A DNA stretch of 63,817 bases, filler included, from Octopus bimaculoides (taxonomy: Eukaryota): assembly GCF_001194135.2 (NCBI RefSeq). It is 4 parts of 4 records of this genome, joined end to end, with 100 filler letters (N's around TTAATTAATTAA, not from the genome) between each part and the next. Parts side by side here need not be neighbours in the genome. Positions count along the whole stretch, not along the records: positions 29,180 to 46,762 come from NC_068999.1; positions 46,863 to 61,610 come from NC_068983.1; 2 more parts are not named here. One strand, written 5' to 3'. This document shows positions 37,379 to 52,106 of the stretch, in pieces. The notes beneath the pieces are model-generated. The model ran no database searches. It worked only from the letters and a program-made list of their open reading frames with translations, and was not told the origin of the DNA. The position numbers were made by a program, and so were the translations under genes. Each line of letters begins with the position of its first letter. Positions within the stretch are counted from its first letter, which is position 1.

Positions 37379-37420
<42 letters not shown>

Positions 37421-37549
37421 AGAAGTGAAATCAATAAACTACAAGAAAAAGATTACTAAAGCGTTGACATACATGTGTGACTTAGGAAGGTTGTATGAAG
37501 GGAGGTGGAGGGGAAGAGAAAGAGAGGGGAAAGAAGAGGAACAACAAAA

Positions 37550-37583
<34 letters not shown>

Positions 37584-37664
37584 TGAAGTAGACAGCAAAT
37601 TCTGGAGGGAATAAGATTTATCAATGGAAAAAAGTGTAGAACAAGAATGTTTTGTCTCTCTTTA

Positions 37665-37694
37665 TTCGATATGATGATGATGATAATGATGATG

Positions 37695-37725
<31 letters not shown>

Positions 37726-37795
37726 TAATAATAATGATGATAATAATAATAATGATGATGATGATGATGATAATGATAATAACAACAACAACAAC

Positions 37796-37837
<42 letters not shown>

Positions 37838-37855
37838 AATAATAATAATAATAGT
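37665..37855. repeat. (GAT)n/(AAT)n/(AAC)n compound trinucleotide microsatellite
   Basis: Directly visible. Confidence 0.95.
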
Positions 37856-39234
37856 TTCTAATTTTAAATATTAATTATAACAACAATAACAAGGAGGAGA
37901 AGTAAGAGAGGAAAGTAAAAGAGAATAATGGCAAAGATTGTATGGAAGAAAGAAGAGGTAATAAAGAAGATTAAAACGAGTGATGGAGTGATTTGAAGAA
38001 ATAGAAAAAGAAAAATAATCGGGAAAAGACTGGGATGATGGCGGTGGCGGCGAAGACGGTGGTGGTGGTGAGTAATGAAGAATAAAATAAATGCCTAAAA
38101 TAAAAGTGAAAAAAGAAAAGCAAATGAAAAGAAAATGTGTGTTGCAGAGAGACAAGCAAGTATTGAAACAGGAAAAGAAAACAGAAGATCCACACGTATT
38201 TTGGTCGTTGTTCCATGACTAGAAAGATTGAGTAAGTTGTATTTTTAAATACATTTCTTGATACTCTCCTATTGGTATTTAAACGATTAGAGCGCAGGTT
38301 GTATTTGAATGACCCCCCCCCAGATTATGATGTGAACCCATGACAAGTCATGGCTGACCTTCCTCCTGACAATGAATGTTCTGCTGCAGCTGATGAAGAG
38401 ATTAGAGATTAGAATATCTTATAGATTGGATTAGACTAAAACGGGAAGAGGAGATTAAGAGAATGAAAGTCTACAGTTTCTTGCTTTGTGTTTATAATAA
38501 ATAACCACCGATAGAAACCAAACGAAGTAGTGAATGAAACAGTTGGAACGATTTATTGTTGAAATTGAATGAAGCAAAAACAAAATGGTGGCAGAGAAAA
38601 GCAGAAGATGACAAATGCGATACTCTACAACAAAAACAACAGAAACATTGCACAAAACAAACACATCAAAAACACAATTCTCTCTATAATAAAACCAAAG
38701 CCATAGCGACTTTTAATTGCAATAATTTGATTGTATTTCGTTAAAAGTCCATCTAATTCGTTAGAAAATTATTTATCTTCATTATCTTTAATTGGATGAA
38801 AACACTTCAAATGCTGTAAATCAATGTAAAATATAGTTGAATTATTTGGATTTCCGTATTTCTATAAAGAAATCAATTAGATGGTGTTCCAGAGTACAAA
38901 TTTCTGCGAAAGACTGTTCACAATCGCATCGCCATTTTGTCTTTCTTGCGGTGAAGTATGGCTGAGACGATGTGCTATTTTAACACACAAATGCAGAATA
39001 ATATAGACCTTCTCTCTAATAACTCTCTTTCTCTCTCTCTTTCGTGTTTTCCTTTTCTTTTTTCCCCCCTGGTTCAGTTATTCCCGTTTCGTTTCTTTCT
39101 CTGTCTCCCTTTCTTCCCTTCTCTTGCACTATATATATTTCGATATTCAAGTTATAACCTCCCTCGATGACGTAAACGTAACACACGGACGAAACAAGTA
39201 GAAACACAGAAGAAAGCAGCGTAATGATAATAAT

Positions 39235-39530
39235 GGTTTCAAATTTTGGTGCAAAGCCAGCAGTTTCGGGGGAGGGGACACAAGTCGATTACATCGACCC
39301 AGTACACAACTGGTACTTATTTTATCGACTCCGAAAGGATGAAAGTCGAAGTCGACCTCGGCGGAATTTGAACTCAGAACGTAAAAATAATAATAATCTT
39401 TTCTACTAAAGGCACAAGGCCTGAAATTTGTGGGGAGGGGACTAGTCGATTATATCGATCTCAGCGTTTTACTGGTACTTAATTTATCGACCCTGAAAGG
39501 ATGAAAGCAAAGTCGAACTCGGCGGAATAA
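39235..39530 (-). mobile_element. Two tandem partial SINE family A copies
   Basis: Two AAGTCGA.CTCGGCGGAAT units, each followed by (AAT)n. Confidence 0.75.
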
Positions 39531-40465
39531 TAATAATGATAATAAGAATAAGAATAATTTCTTTATTGGCCACAAGAGCCGATGATGATAGTGATGATGA
39601 TGATGATGATGGTGACAACGATATTTAGCAAAGCCATACAATACAGAGGAGAGAATTAACATAGTCTTGAAGATAAATTTTACGTTTTACTTTCGAACTC
39701 ACACTAAACTTAAAAAAAAAAATCATCGACATATTAACTAATTAAATTAAACTCAATTTAAAGTCGGTTGCAGATTTTCATTAAATGTATAAAACTTTAG
39801 AACAATAATTTCATGTAGGTTGTCGTGGTTATTAACCGAGAAAATCTAAAACTGGAATTAGATTTCGGCTTTCGACTGGGAAATGAAATAACCAAACATA
39901 CCATTCTTTGCTTAAACAAACAAAATGGTTTCATTTGGCGAGGGATCATTTAGTAAGAAGAGGGTAGCAGTTTAATACACTTACTTAAAAACTCATTTAA
40001 ATCTGGTCATCCGTGAATGGATAAACTAAGTTTTATCAATAACATTTAACGGAATAAGACATCGTCGCCATGTTAACGTCTCTCTTGCTTGAGGGAGAAT
40101 AGACATGGCGAGTGGTGAGGAGATGCCTTCCGATTGAGCAGCTACAAAGTAAGCTACGTACTTCACACGACCGAATGAACAGTGTAAGCCGATGTATGAT
40201 TGGGTCGCCTTGGGGGTCAGCGAAACAACTGACCAATCTGCTGCAGTTGTTAATAGGATGTTTTGAATTAGCTTATTTTTCTTGTGCATTGGTCAAATGT
40301 CAACAGGAGGACAGAAGATTCGAATCATATAAGAATATGAGACCATTTCCACAGTGCCTGCACACACACACACACACACACTACACAATTTCGCCCTGCA
40401 TTTCTTGTACATATACACAAGTATAAACAAGAAGAAACCCGCTTTTTTCTTAAAATTATGTCGCT

Positions 40466-40497
<32 letters not shown>

Positions 40498-41327
40498 AAA
40501 TGGCATTTATCTTTTCAGGATTCATAAAATCTATTTTTTTTTATCCTCTTCATTTAAAGACGTTAATAACAGTAAAGTGTTCGCATGAGAATATCGTACT
40601 TGAAACTCAATCTCAAAGGACCAAAGAACATACAAGGAACGCGAGTACGACGAACTTCCTGCAACGGCAGACCAGGGTTTCTTTCAATTGAAGAATGATA
40701 AAGTAGAATATCTAAGAAGAATCAGAAAGCAATTGTAGATGGTTAAATCAAATATTGTCAACAAGTGAAGAATTTGGAAAAGAGTTGGTGCTCTGGACAA
40801 TATTTCAATCAGTGGCATAGATACCGAAATCCGGTTTCCAGGAAATATGTATAAAAATATTTCAGCATCATCAGAAGACAGCAACATCAACACTTCATGT
40901 AGTTTCTTTGTGTTTGGGCTGAAAGTATACCCCTTTTCTACACTAGGCACAAGACCCGTAATCTTTGGGGAGGGGGCCAGTTGATTAAATCGACCTCAGT
41001 ACGCAACTGGTACTTAATTTATCGACCCCGAAAGGATAAGAAGCAAACGCTTCGCATCGATTCAAATATCCTTTGAGTGGCGTATCTTATTCCTTAGCAT
41101 CTACTGACCACAAAATGTTGAAGTGTTCACATGGATCAAATCTACATATATGAAGTAAATTATACAATGAGAACTCTTCAGAAAATATACGCTGATCGAT
41201 GACCAGAGATGCCCACTCAAGGAAGCTGTACTGCTCTGGCGCAACACAACATTAAATGGAATAAATTTTGCTTATTTGCAGAATATGCAAGGCTATGTTG
41301 CCAGAAAAATTTCCGAGTAACAATAAC

Positions 41328-41880
41328 ATCCATCCGTTCATCCATCTTTTCCGCTCACACTTCCTGGGAAGGCCGTCGGGTTAGAGTCCTCGGGCATCTT
41401 CTCCATAGGGTCCTATTAGAAGCGACCTTAATTACACTTTCTGGTTGGATTCCCAAGCGTTACAGATTCAGATTATGGATAATATCCAACCGTCTGATTC
41501 GTGATCTGCCCTTGGGTCTCCTGCCAGTTGGTTCGGCTTGAAGAACTCATCTTGCGATTTTGTTCTGTGACATTCTAATCACATGTCCGTAGAACGGGAG
41601 CTGTAACCTCTCAATACGGAAGGGTAACGGCTCGACGTGGAGAGACTCCCTGATCACCGAGTTACGCATCCTGTTGTGTAACATTACACTAAAAATCCTT
41701 TGGAGGAACCCCATTTCGGTCGCTTGTATTCGCGATGGCACCCTTTCGATCATTACCCAACATTCATGATCACAAGCGATGATAGGTACGAAAACCGAAT
41801 TGATGATAATGAGTTTGACATTTTTACCAATCTCGCCTCTTCTGAGGATCGAACCTGCAGCTGTATACAGACATGTTTCT
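41328..41880 (-). mobile_element. RTE-clade (Expander/Rex3-like) LINE 3' end
   Basis: KLIIINSVFVPII.CDHECWVMIERVPSRIQATEMGFLQRI...RNSVIRESLHVEPL.FRIERLQL.FYGHVIRM...GRRPKGRSRI; short (GGAT)-like tail at ~41328-41346. Confidence 0.85.
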
Positions 41881-41929
41881 AAACAGATAAATGGAGGATA
41901 GCTTCTTGAACTTTATTAATTCCATTTAT

Positions 41930-42011
<82 letters not shown>

Positions 42012-45000
42012 TTGGTAAATTATTCATCAGTTTCTAGAAGTCTTTCTTGATAACTAAATGAGGCCGGAACGTGTTGGTGTGAGGAATTGAACGTACATCC
42101 CAATAATTCAACTGCTCAGCTGGTCAGCTTATTTTAGATTTAGTTAAATGAGAATTAATTACTGTTTTACATTTTAGGTGTCGGCTAAAAATTGTCGTCG
42201 CCGGTTCTTGCTGTGAACGCTGCGAATAATTAACCGCGCACGCGCGTATGTGCGTGTGTACACACACAAAGACAGATCCTCCAAATCTTGATCTCTCCCG
42301 TTCTCTCACGCCTATATACACAAATATTTATGACTTACTGAACGCATATAAAGTATTTAATTATTTATTAGTAAGGTTCTCTCTCTAATGACGTTCAGAA
42401 TTCCAGCTGTTCCTGTTGAAGTCTTTGGGAATCACACTTCCAATTACGTTGCTAGTTAATCCGAAGAAAGGAATTATTACAAACAATTTAAAGTTAATCT
42501 GTTACGTTATTCTCATTTTATTTCTCGCTATTCATAACATGCTTTATATACAGCAAATAGTTTTAGAATCGTCTTGGCTTACATTGCTTCACTCTAATTA
42601 AAGCAATCACACCTAATTTCTATCAACAATGTTTCGTTACAACAAATCAATACCACCAATTATTTCATTAAAATTTAAAAGTTTGAAGTTATTTTTTCAT
42701 TAAGTTTGCTTAAGTGTTTTTATTATCACATGCATTAATTTTTGTTTTTATATTTCGTATTTTCCCAATAGATTTATCAAATTTTACTAATCTATTTTCG
42801 TAAGCGAGAAATAATTTCAGTTAAATGCTGTTTATTATTTTACTTCAGCTGTATTGTTGTTGAAAACAGTTAATAATTAGTTTTTCGTTAAATACAGCAG
42901 AGGTTATTATAAGTCGAGATCCGACATACAACGTAATCTGTCTATTGAGGCTGATAGAGCTAAACTAATTGTTTCTCAAAATATTCGTTCATTCTGCTGA
43001 GTTGAAAATCTGAATATTGACGAACTAAGGACACTTAAAAACTCATCAAGGCAAACAGCAATTTTTTAAATTTTCTTTTCTTTTTATGTTTTTCCAAACA
43101 CGTTTCAATTCTAGCTACATAAAGCAAGGAAATTTGCTGAAACTAAATAGCAGTAATTGAAAATAAAAAAGAAGAAGGAAAGATAACGAAACAGAATGAA
43201 AGAAATTTCTACTTTGATAGATTTGAAACAAGTAATTTGTCGGCTGCCAGCTTCATTGACGCCTTGGCAATCAGGAAATGATGCAGTGGAGCGCAGATCG
43301 TCAATAACAGTTGATTATGAGCGAGTATAAACAGGTGGATAGTGTTACACGGTAACTTTTGGTAAAGATGTATAGATGGGGTTTGGTGCACAGAAGAACA
43401 GAGATAGTTTCCATGATAAATAGCTTTACACCAGGATAAGTCGGCGGTTGTAAAAGTTGTAATAATTATGTGATTGTAGGATTGTGAGGTGAAACGTAGC
43501 AGTCCATTAGTTGTATAGTAAATTCATTGTGCAGCTACAGTGATGCATTCTACAAAAACACCATGACAAAACACGAGTATTTTGTTTCCTAGTCTAAGTC
43601 ATGTGCCAATATTTACAGTTTCTAAAATATAGAATCGATTTAATCCATCGTAGTGTTTCCTACAAATTCCTGGGATTGTGAAAATATAAAAAGTTGATAT
43701 TTTCGCAAATGGAATTCTTAGAATTCTTCGCAACAGATTTTATTGAAATCAATGTCCTTATCTTCTCCCCTTAAACATAAGTTCACCTCATATTTTCCCA
43801 ACCTAAATTTTATACAATTTCCTCAACGTGCGCATTTCTTTTTATATTATTTTGGAGCTAGTTCAGCTAGCTCAACGTAAAGGGCAACAATATACCCTTA
43901 AGTCCTTTCAAGTCAGGTAAGGAAACCTACAAGCCTCATAATTTATGGCATACTGAAACACTAAATAAATACTGAGATAACAACATTATAATAATAAATT
44001 CGGGATTTACAAGTTACACAGTGGACAGGATTTAGTGACTAGAACTGGATAAATTTTAGATTTGCAGAAAACAGTATAGCTGATGGCGTCTAACAGTACA
44101 TGAACCGCGTACTTATTCACACAGCCACATATTCAGATATATCACAGAAAACGCACTGCCCGAAACGTTAGGTTCACCGTCTTCCTTACAGCGTAAAATG
44201 TATTCTGCTGTTTCAAATTTTTGTTCCATCTATTTGTCGACACAAACCATCGTCGGTTTTCATTGATTCTACTGTTTTATAAAATACATTACATTTTGTT
44301 GACCGTACACATGTACTTCTCATTAAAACTAATATTAGTTCACTGTTCTTTTTATTAAAGAATGCTTTAATCAAGATATCAGACTAAGTTCATTGAAACA
44401 AGCTAACCTTAAACAGTAAACGCTCAGGATATTGCTTACTTCACTCATGTGCACGAACTAGCGATGCCTTTGCTCACACGATGAATATAAAATAGAAAGA
44501 TAAAAACGATACAACTACTCATCTTTTGTTTGATGAACAAATAGACGATAAAATTAAGTCTATTAACCTAATCAATCGAAAACCCTGTCTACATAATAGC
44601 CCTATATTTACCCAGCTGCATGCAAATTACTGTAATTCGGGAAAATGTAAATTATTTTTTAAACTTCAGTGAAAACCTGCAAGAAATGACAATAAATATA
44701 ATAATACCAAGGAACTTGTAACGGTGAAATCTGATACATTGACCATATAATCCCTGAATTATAATGATGGTGACAATCCCTGCACTTCTGGTGAAACCCG
44801 ACACAAAAACTACAATAATCCCAGCATTAAAAGTGATATCTGAGACCCAGACTACAATACATTTGTTTAATGGAACTGCCTCCTTATTTCGATATGATTT
44901 TATAAATACGATAAAACAAGCTTGCTCAGGTTTGTTCACCACCAACACGCTATCGATCATCATGCTCAGAGCAACTCCCGTCTCCGTACACATTGGCATG

Positions 45001-45445
45001 ATTAAGGGATATTTTTAGCCACTGGACGGTCAACCTGCGTTAGATTGCCCCCTGGAGTTTATCATGAAAGAGTTCTTAGTTCTGTGACAAGAATAAATGA
45101 CTAACTTCATTACTAACTAGATAATCACTACCCTTTGAAAATGTTTATTTAGGTTAATGTTTAACTTAAAGCCAACAAGAAAGCCTCTAAGTGGTTGTTC
45201 AAGTTGCTAGAAATAGCATTCAAATCTCACGCTAAAAGAATGGAAAAAAGAAAGGATAATATCTTTAAAAAGATGGCCAACACTTGAACGCCTTTAATGA
45301 CAGGTCTTTCTTCCAGATTAGACATTCATGTTTACATTAATATGTATGTTCAGCATGTATGTTGAGCAAATGTCTTCTGCTATAGCCTCGGGTCGACCAA
45401 AACCTAGTGGTCTTGGTAGACGGAACTGAAAGAAGCTCATCGTAA

Positions 45446-45503
<58 letters not shown>

Positions 45504-46443
45504 NNNNNNNNNNNNNNNNNNNNNNNNNNNNNNNNNNNNNNNNNNNNNNNNNNNNNNNNNNNNNNNNNNNNNNNNNNNNNNNNNNNNNNNNNNNNNNNNN
45601 NNNNNNNNNNNNNNNNNNNNNNNNNNNNNNNNNNNNNNNNNNNNNNNNNNNNNNNNNNNNNNNNNNNNNNNNNNNNNNNNNNNCTCTCTCTCTCTCTCTC
45701 TCTCTCTCCTCCCCCCCTCTCTCTCTCAATTCATGAAAGAAATCAGCCGTGGTCAGACCTAGAGAGGGATGGTCTGAGCCGGACGCTGCATTTCACGCAC
45801 GACGGCGCTCCTACAATCCCGTCAATAGTTGAGAGTTCAAAGAAAGACATTGCACGCATGCACCCACACACACGCACACACACCCCCCGCACTCATTGGG
45901 CGAGTGTGTGTGTGTGTGTATATGGACTCCCAACCACTTGGTTGCAGTCCAATACTGCATCCAAGAAAAGCAATTCTTTCTAACAAAAGAATTTGGCTAG
46001 GAATTTGTTGAAAGGGTGTTAGGTGATTTCAGGAATTAACTTTGGGATAGTTTAAACAAAAATTATAAACCACAAACACACACAAACATATAATACACAC
46101 AAACACACGCAGAAATGTGTAGGCACGTACATTTACCTGCGCTCATGCATTTATATACAGACACATGTTCTACTCGGAACAGCAATTCGACGTGCTTCAC
46201 TAAAATTATTTACAGACTGTATGAATAAAACTGTAACTAACTCCAGACACACAGACACGCACATAGAAACACAGACAGAAACACACACACATGTAAACAC
46301 AAAATACATGAATATATTAAATATACTTACACACACACACACACATATGTATATACACACACATGTAAGCATATAAATGTAAGCATATAAATGTATACAC
46401 ACATACCAGACACATATATGTACATATATATATGCATACATAC

Positions 46444-46498
<55 letters not shown>

Positions 46499-46762
46499 CA
46501 TACATGTTTTATATACATATATACCGTACATAGAGATATACATGCATATATACATACACACACATACACACGCACACATATATATACAGACACATATATA
46601 TACGTATATATATATACATATATATACACACATATATATATACATACATATCTACACACACACACACACAAATATATATACATACATATCTACACACACA
46701 CACACACAAATATATATACATACATATATATACATACGTATATATATATATATATATATATA

Positions 46763-46862
46763 NNNNNNNNNNNNNNNNNNNNNNNNNNNNNNNNNNNNNN
46801 NNNNNNTTAATTAATTAANNNNNNNNNNNNNNNNNNNNNNNNNNNNNNNNNNNNNNNNNNNN
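46763..46862. other. Assembly join marker: 44 N + TTAATTAATTAA + 44 N
   Basis: Same structure as 29080-29179. Confidence 0.9.
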
Positions 46863-46879
46863 TATATATATATATATAT

Positions 46880-48020
46880 ATATTGATAGAAAAGGCAACA
46901 AAAGAAAGAAAGAGAGATCTCGATATTATGTAAATAGAAGAATTTATCTGTAAAAATATGTGACACTTATCCGAGTTTCGGATGCCAGAGTCGGAACCTA
47001 CGCCGCCATCTCTTCAAGTCATCTGGTCATTGGATATTCCTATATAGAAGCTCATAATTGAATTAATACAGAATTGAATGTACGCACATATGGTTTCTTG
47101 GTTGGAAGAAAAGAAGGATGACAACACTTAAGAAGAATAATAAAATGAATGAAGGTGAGTTATAATTCGTTATTCACCAAGTGTTTGCAATTAAAAGTAA
47201 AGAATTCCATTGTCTCTGTTTCAGAATAAGTAGTAGAATATAAGAGATATTTATTTAAAATCATGTTTATTTTAAAGGCGGATGCGTGCAGGATCAAAGA
47301 ATTATAATTAAGCGTACAAATAAAATGAGTAATTCCAGAGGGCCTGATTATTTGTTTATATAGTCAGGGTGTTTTCTAGCTTACCATCGTTAATTAAAGA
47401 AATATGTAAAGTTGTTTCTGCATAGATTTATGGCGTGAATATTATCAAAGACGCATTAGTAATATGTAAAGAGTAATTATATTTATTTTATTGTATTTAG
47501 TCTTTGGTTATCCAACTAAATATTTAAAATGTTAAACTTTTGAATAAATTTTAACAAGTCATGGGAGGAGAGTAGGTGAATAAATGGCGGTTTGCTATGA
47601 ATGAGTGAAAGTTAGGTAAACGCATTATCCCAAGCGAGATTTTATTATATTAGTTGAGTATTTATTGAAGGTGAGTTGAAAGAATCGCTCTGTAACACCT
47701 AAATTTAAGAGTGTTTATTAAACTGTAAGTGACATATTCATTACAGAATTAGTCAAAAAAGTTGCGACCAACAAGACTATTTGAATGTTGTTCATCGTAT
47801 TGAGACAGATAAAAAGTTGTGGTTATGTAATTGTGATGATGTTTGTGTAATTACAACAAATGAATAAGTGAATCATTTGGGTGGGCATATTTATGACCAT
47901 AATATATATGTAGACATAAAGTCTATGTATTTCATTTTCAGATTAGTTGTTCTCCGAAAACTGATTGTATTTTTGTAACGTTGTATTAATTTTAACGTTG
48001 GTTAATGCATTAAATAAGGT
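46880..48020 (-). mobile_element. Degraded Penelope-like element 3' portion with terminal-repeat remnant
   Basis: Weak similarity to the 56.6-57.4 kb element (LPNFHSFIAN; SGITHFICTL...ILHASAFK). A degenerate hammerhead-like core lies at 46971-47020 and the terminus is shared with 62990-63065. Confidence 0.5.
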
Positions 48021-48203
48021 TCAGTGTTAGTCTTTATTTCTCCCTCAGAAACATTTTTACCGTCAATAGCCATAAACGATGCGATGCATACATACATACA
48101 AGCATGCATATAACATACATACGTAAAAACACACATACAAATATACATACAAACATAATATATACACTCATATATATAAATAGATGTCTATACAAACATA
48201 CAT

Positions 48204-48264
<61 letters not shown>

Positions 48265-49457
48265 NNNNNNNNNNNNNNNNNNNNNNNNNNNNNNNNNNNN
48301 NNNNNNNNNNNNNNNNNNNNNNNNNNNNNNNNNNNNNNNNNNNNNNNNNNNNNNNNNNNNNNNNNNNNNNNNNNNNNNNNNNNNNNNNNNNNNNNNNNNN
48401 NNNNNNNNNNNNNNNNNNNNNNNNNNNNNNNNNNNNNNNNNNNNNNNNNNNNNNNNNNNNNNNNNNNNNNNNNNNNNNNNNNNNNNNNNNNNNNNNNNNN
48501 NNNNNNNNNNNNNNNNNNNNNNNNNNNNNNNNNNNNNNNNNNNNNNNNNNNNNNNNNNNNNNNNNNNNNNNNNNNNNNNNNNNNNNNNNNNNNNNNNNNN
48601 NNNNNNNNNNNNNNNNNNNNNNNNNNNNNNNNNNNNNNNNNNNNNNNNNNNNNNNNNNNNNNNNNNNNNNNNNNNNNNNNNNNNNNNNNNNNNNNNNNNN
48701 NNNNNNNNNNNNNNNNNNNNNNNNNNNNNNNNNNNNNNNNNNNNNNNNNNNNNNNNNNNNNNNNNNNNNNNNNNNNNNNNNNNNNNNNNNNNNNNNNNNN
48801 NNNNNNNNNNNNNNNNNNNNNNNNNNNNNNNNNNNNNNNNNNNNNNNNNNNNNNNNNNNNNNNNNNNNNNNNNNNNNNNNNNNNNNNNNNNNNNNNNNNN
48901 NNNNNNNNNNNNNNNNNNNNNNNNNNNNNNNNNNNNNNNNNNNNNNNNNNNNNNNNNNNNNNNNNNNNNNNNNNNNNNNNNNNNNNNNNNNNNNNNNNNN
49001 NNNNNNNNNNNNNNNNNNNNNNNNNNNNNNNNNNNNNNNNNNNNNNNNNNNNNNNNNNNNNNNNNNNNNNNNNNNNCAAATGACGATCATTTTCCAACAT
49101 TTCCTCGCTGGAGATACATTAATTTCTTCCATCGGTGCTGCAGTGTGTGTGTTCATTTGGTGAAGAAGCTTTCATCCTTTTAATAAAAAAAAAATGAACC
49201 AGCAGCAGATATGACGTCCTCAACACTGAGATACTAATCCCAGCTAAGTGGGATCTTTTTATGTTGACTAAGAAATGGTAGTCAGAAGGGGGGAAATCGG
49301 AAGAATTGGGAGGTTGTTCAACCAGTTGAAATCATAGTCACGTGTAGCAGCCATTGACACCAGGACTTATGTGCTGGAGAACTGCCATGATGAAACTAGA
49401 CACCTGTCAACAGATATGGGTGTTTGGTCTTGATAGAATTACGTAACTGCTTCATAC

Positions 49458-49503
<46 letters not shown>

Positions 49504-50053
49504 TATATATATTGTATATATTATATATATTATATTTATTATATATATATTATATACATTGTATATATTATATATATTATATTTATTATATATATATATT
49601 ATATATATATCATATATATATGGATATGTGTGTGTCTATGTGTGTGTGAGTTTTCAAGCATGAACATCCACCATCTTTGCCACCACTCTAGCTTATTCAA
49701 GTCCTTCTCTGGATATCAATTATATACATTATATCAACATTATGAATAAAAGACGTATATCTCCATAAATTAATGCTGGATACCTTCAGTACATATCTAT
49801 ATATGTACTGCACATNNNNNNNNNNNNNNNNNNNNNNNNNNNNNNNNNNNNNNNNNNNNNNNNNNNNNNNNNNNNNNNNNNNNNNNNNNNNNNNNNNNNN
49901 NNNNNNNNNNNNNNNNNNNNNNNNNNNNNNNNNNNNNNNNNNNNNNNNNNNNNNNNNNNNNNNNNNNNNNNNNNNNNNNNNNNNNNNNNNNNNNNNNNNN
50001 NNNNNNNNNNNNNNNNNNNNNNNNNNNNNNNNNNNNNNNNNNNNNNNNNNNNN

Positions 50054-50126
<73 letters not shown>

Positions 50127-50637
50127 TGAGAGAGAGATAATTACAACGATAACAAAATAAAATAAATTCCCATCTTGTGTGGCAATTCAAAAGGTAGCCT
50201 ACATTTCCTTCTATGAGCACTTATTTTCGTTTCAGTGATGAGTATACGAATGAAAATCGAAAGCAAATAGCCTCCTACTTTGTCAATATTATCAATTGGT
50301 TGGGAAATTTGATGCTGTGAAATAACTGAAAACACTACACGTGCTATCTGAAAACTGATGTCAAATTCGGATTCAGCACCCTTAAATTACTGAAAAAGAT
50401 TAAATTGCATGACATTTGTTTTGTTTTCTTTTTGCCCAGCCTAATTGGTTATCCGTTAGGTTCCGAGTTCACAGCTGAGCCTGCATCTAGGGATCCGTCG
50501 TAGGCTTCCGAGTTAGCAGGTATGGATTAAAGGAAAATGAATAGTAAACCCAAGGGAGGACGAGTATCACAGCTCATTTAGAGTATTTAATAAAAATAAG
50601 GCGAATATAAAAAAAGGAGAGGAATAAGCAATTTATG

Positions 50638-50708
50638 TCTTACAGCTGTTTCTGGGATATTTCAGCTGATGGGTCAGCATTTCCATACACTGAGTATTTC
50701 ATCAGAGA
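50638..50708 (-). ncRNA. Degenerate hammerhead motif
   Basis: Minus strand TCT-CTGATGA-(46 nt)-GAAAC-AGCT-GTA-AGA; palindromic stem III ACAGCTGT and a 3-bp stem I, but the base of stem II does not pair. Confidence 0.45.
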
Positions 50709-51883
50709 TAAGGTGTATATGTCGGAAAGTTCCAGGCAGAGAATTCACAGTGTATAAAAAATAACACTGTAGATAGAAGAATAAAGACAGGATAATAAAG
50801 TTCACAACTCATTTTGTTCGAGAGTGTGTGTTAGCCCGTATTTTTGTGTAGATATAGGTTGTGATGTATAGTCCGAGGTAAATCCAAGCAACATTCAGAA
50901 TGTTGTGTTCAGATTTGATTCACCTTACTCTTACTAAATACACGTACTGTCTTGGTTTTGTTGTCCATACTGCTTTAATATATATATTTGCATATATGTG
51001 CATATATATATATATATATATATATGTACATGTGAGTGTGTTTCTGTTATGTATACGCGTGTGTACCGATGTGCGCACATTTTTGTATGCATATGCATGT
51101 ACACATACGTGTGTATTTAGGATGATAAATTTGGACAGGTACAAGTTTTCTCGCGTAAAATAGTTAAAGAGTTAATACATGCAGAATGCAGTTCCTTGCA
51201 AGAAATGCAAGGGATATTGCTAGGGAGAAAGCAATCAAGATTTCCTTATAATTTACCTTCCAGGTTTTGTACATTTCTTTATCCTGAAATCCCGTACAGT
51301 TTTACGTAATGTAGTGCATTCTCAGCACAAACGGATGCGTATAACAACGAACGTTCTCATGTGATAGGCTTAAAAATTCCTAAAATTTACTCTCCATGGA
51401 AAATGTGTATATATATACTGTAGTTTATATTCATATAAAGGAAGAAGAATAAGAAAATGGAGATTGGGAAGTTAATAAGAGTTTATCATAAACAACAAAT
51501 CGATCATTATCCCTCACAGTGAAATTAATTAAATATTAAGTTCATATTTCTGAGCATAACCTCTTCAGAGAGAAAAAAATGTCCTTTCAGATGTTTTGCA
51601 TGTTTGTTTGTAGATTCATCACAGCAGACCAAATGACACTGTTTAAGATTCATATTTATATGTATTTGGGCGAGGAGTTTCAAGGTTTGTTGAAGGTAAG
51701 ATACAGTAGGTAAATAGAATTAGAGTAAAGAATGCATGCATTAAATAGAGATTATAGAGGAAATCACATTATAAATAAGGTAAGAAAGTAAAATACAAGT
51801 TGTTTATAAAGTTGAGAAAATGTGTATATATACAATTACACACACACATATATACGCACGTGCATTCATTAATCTCTACCTGC

Positions 51884-51936
<53 letters not shown>

Positions 51937-52106
51937 CATTCACATATAATTACATACATTTACACGTACACGCATATCATCACACATTCGTATATACACA
52001 TACATACGCATGCGCAAATACATCAACACGTATTCACGTTAACTTATACATTTAGGTATGCATACACACATATATATATATATATACGTATACATATATA
52101 TATATT

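Noticed and set aside
37647-37874. Poly-M/I and poly-D/N ORFs
   Set aside because: Translation of a (GAT)/(AAT) microsatellite.
38385-38450. CTGATGAAGAG hammerhead-like start
   Set aside because: No downstream GAAAC or GUH.
44155-44185. CTGCCCGAAACGTTAGG, the 3' half of a possible hammerhead
   Set aside because: The CUGANGA half is absent; at most a decayed remnant.
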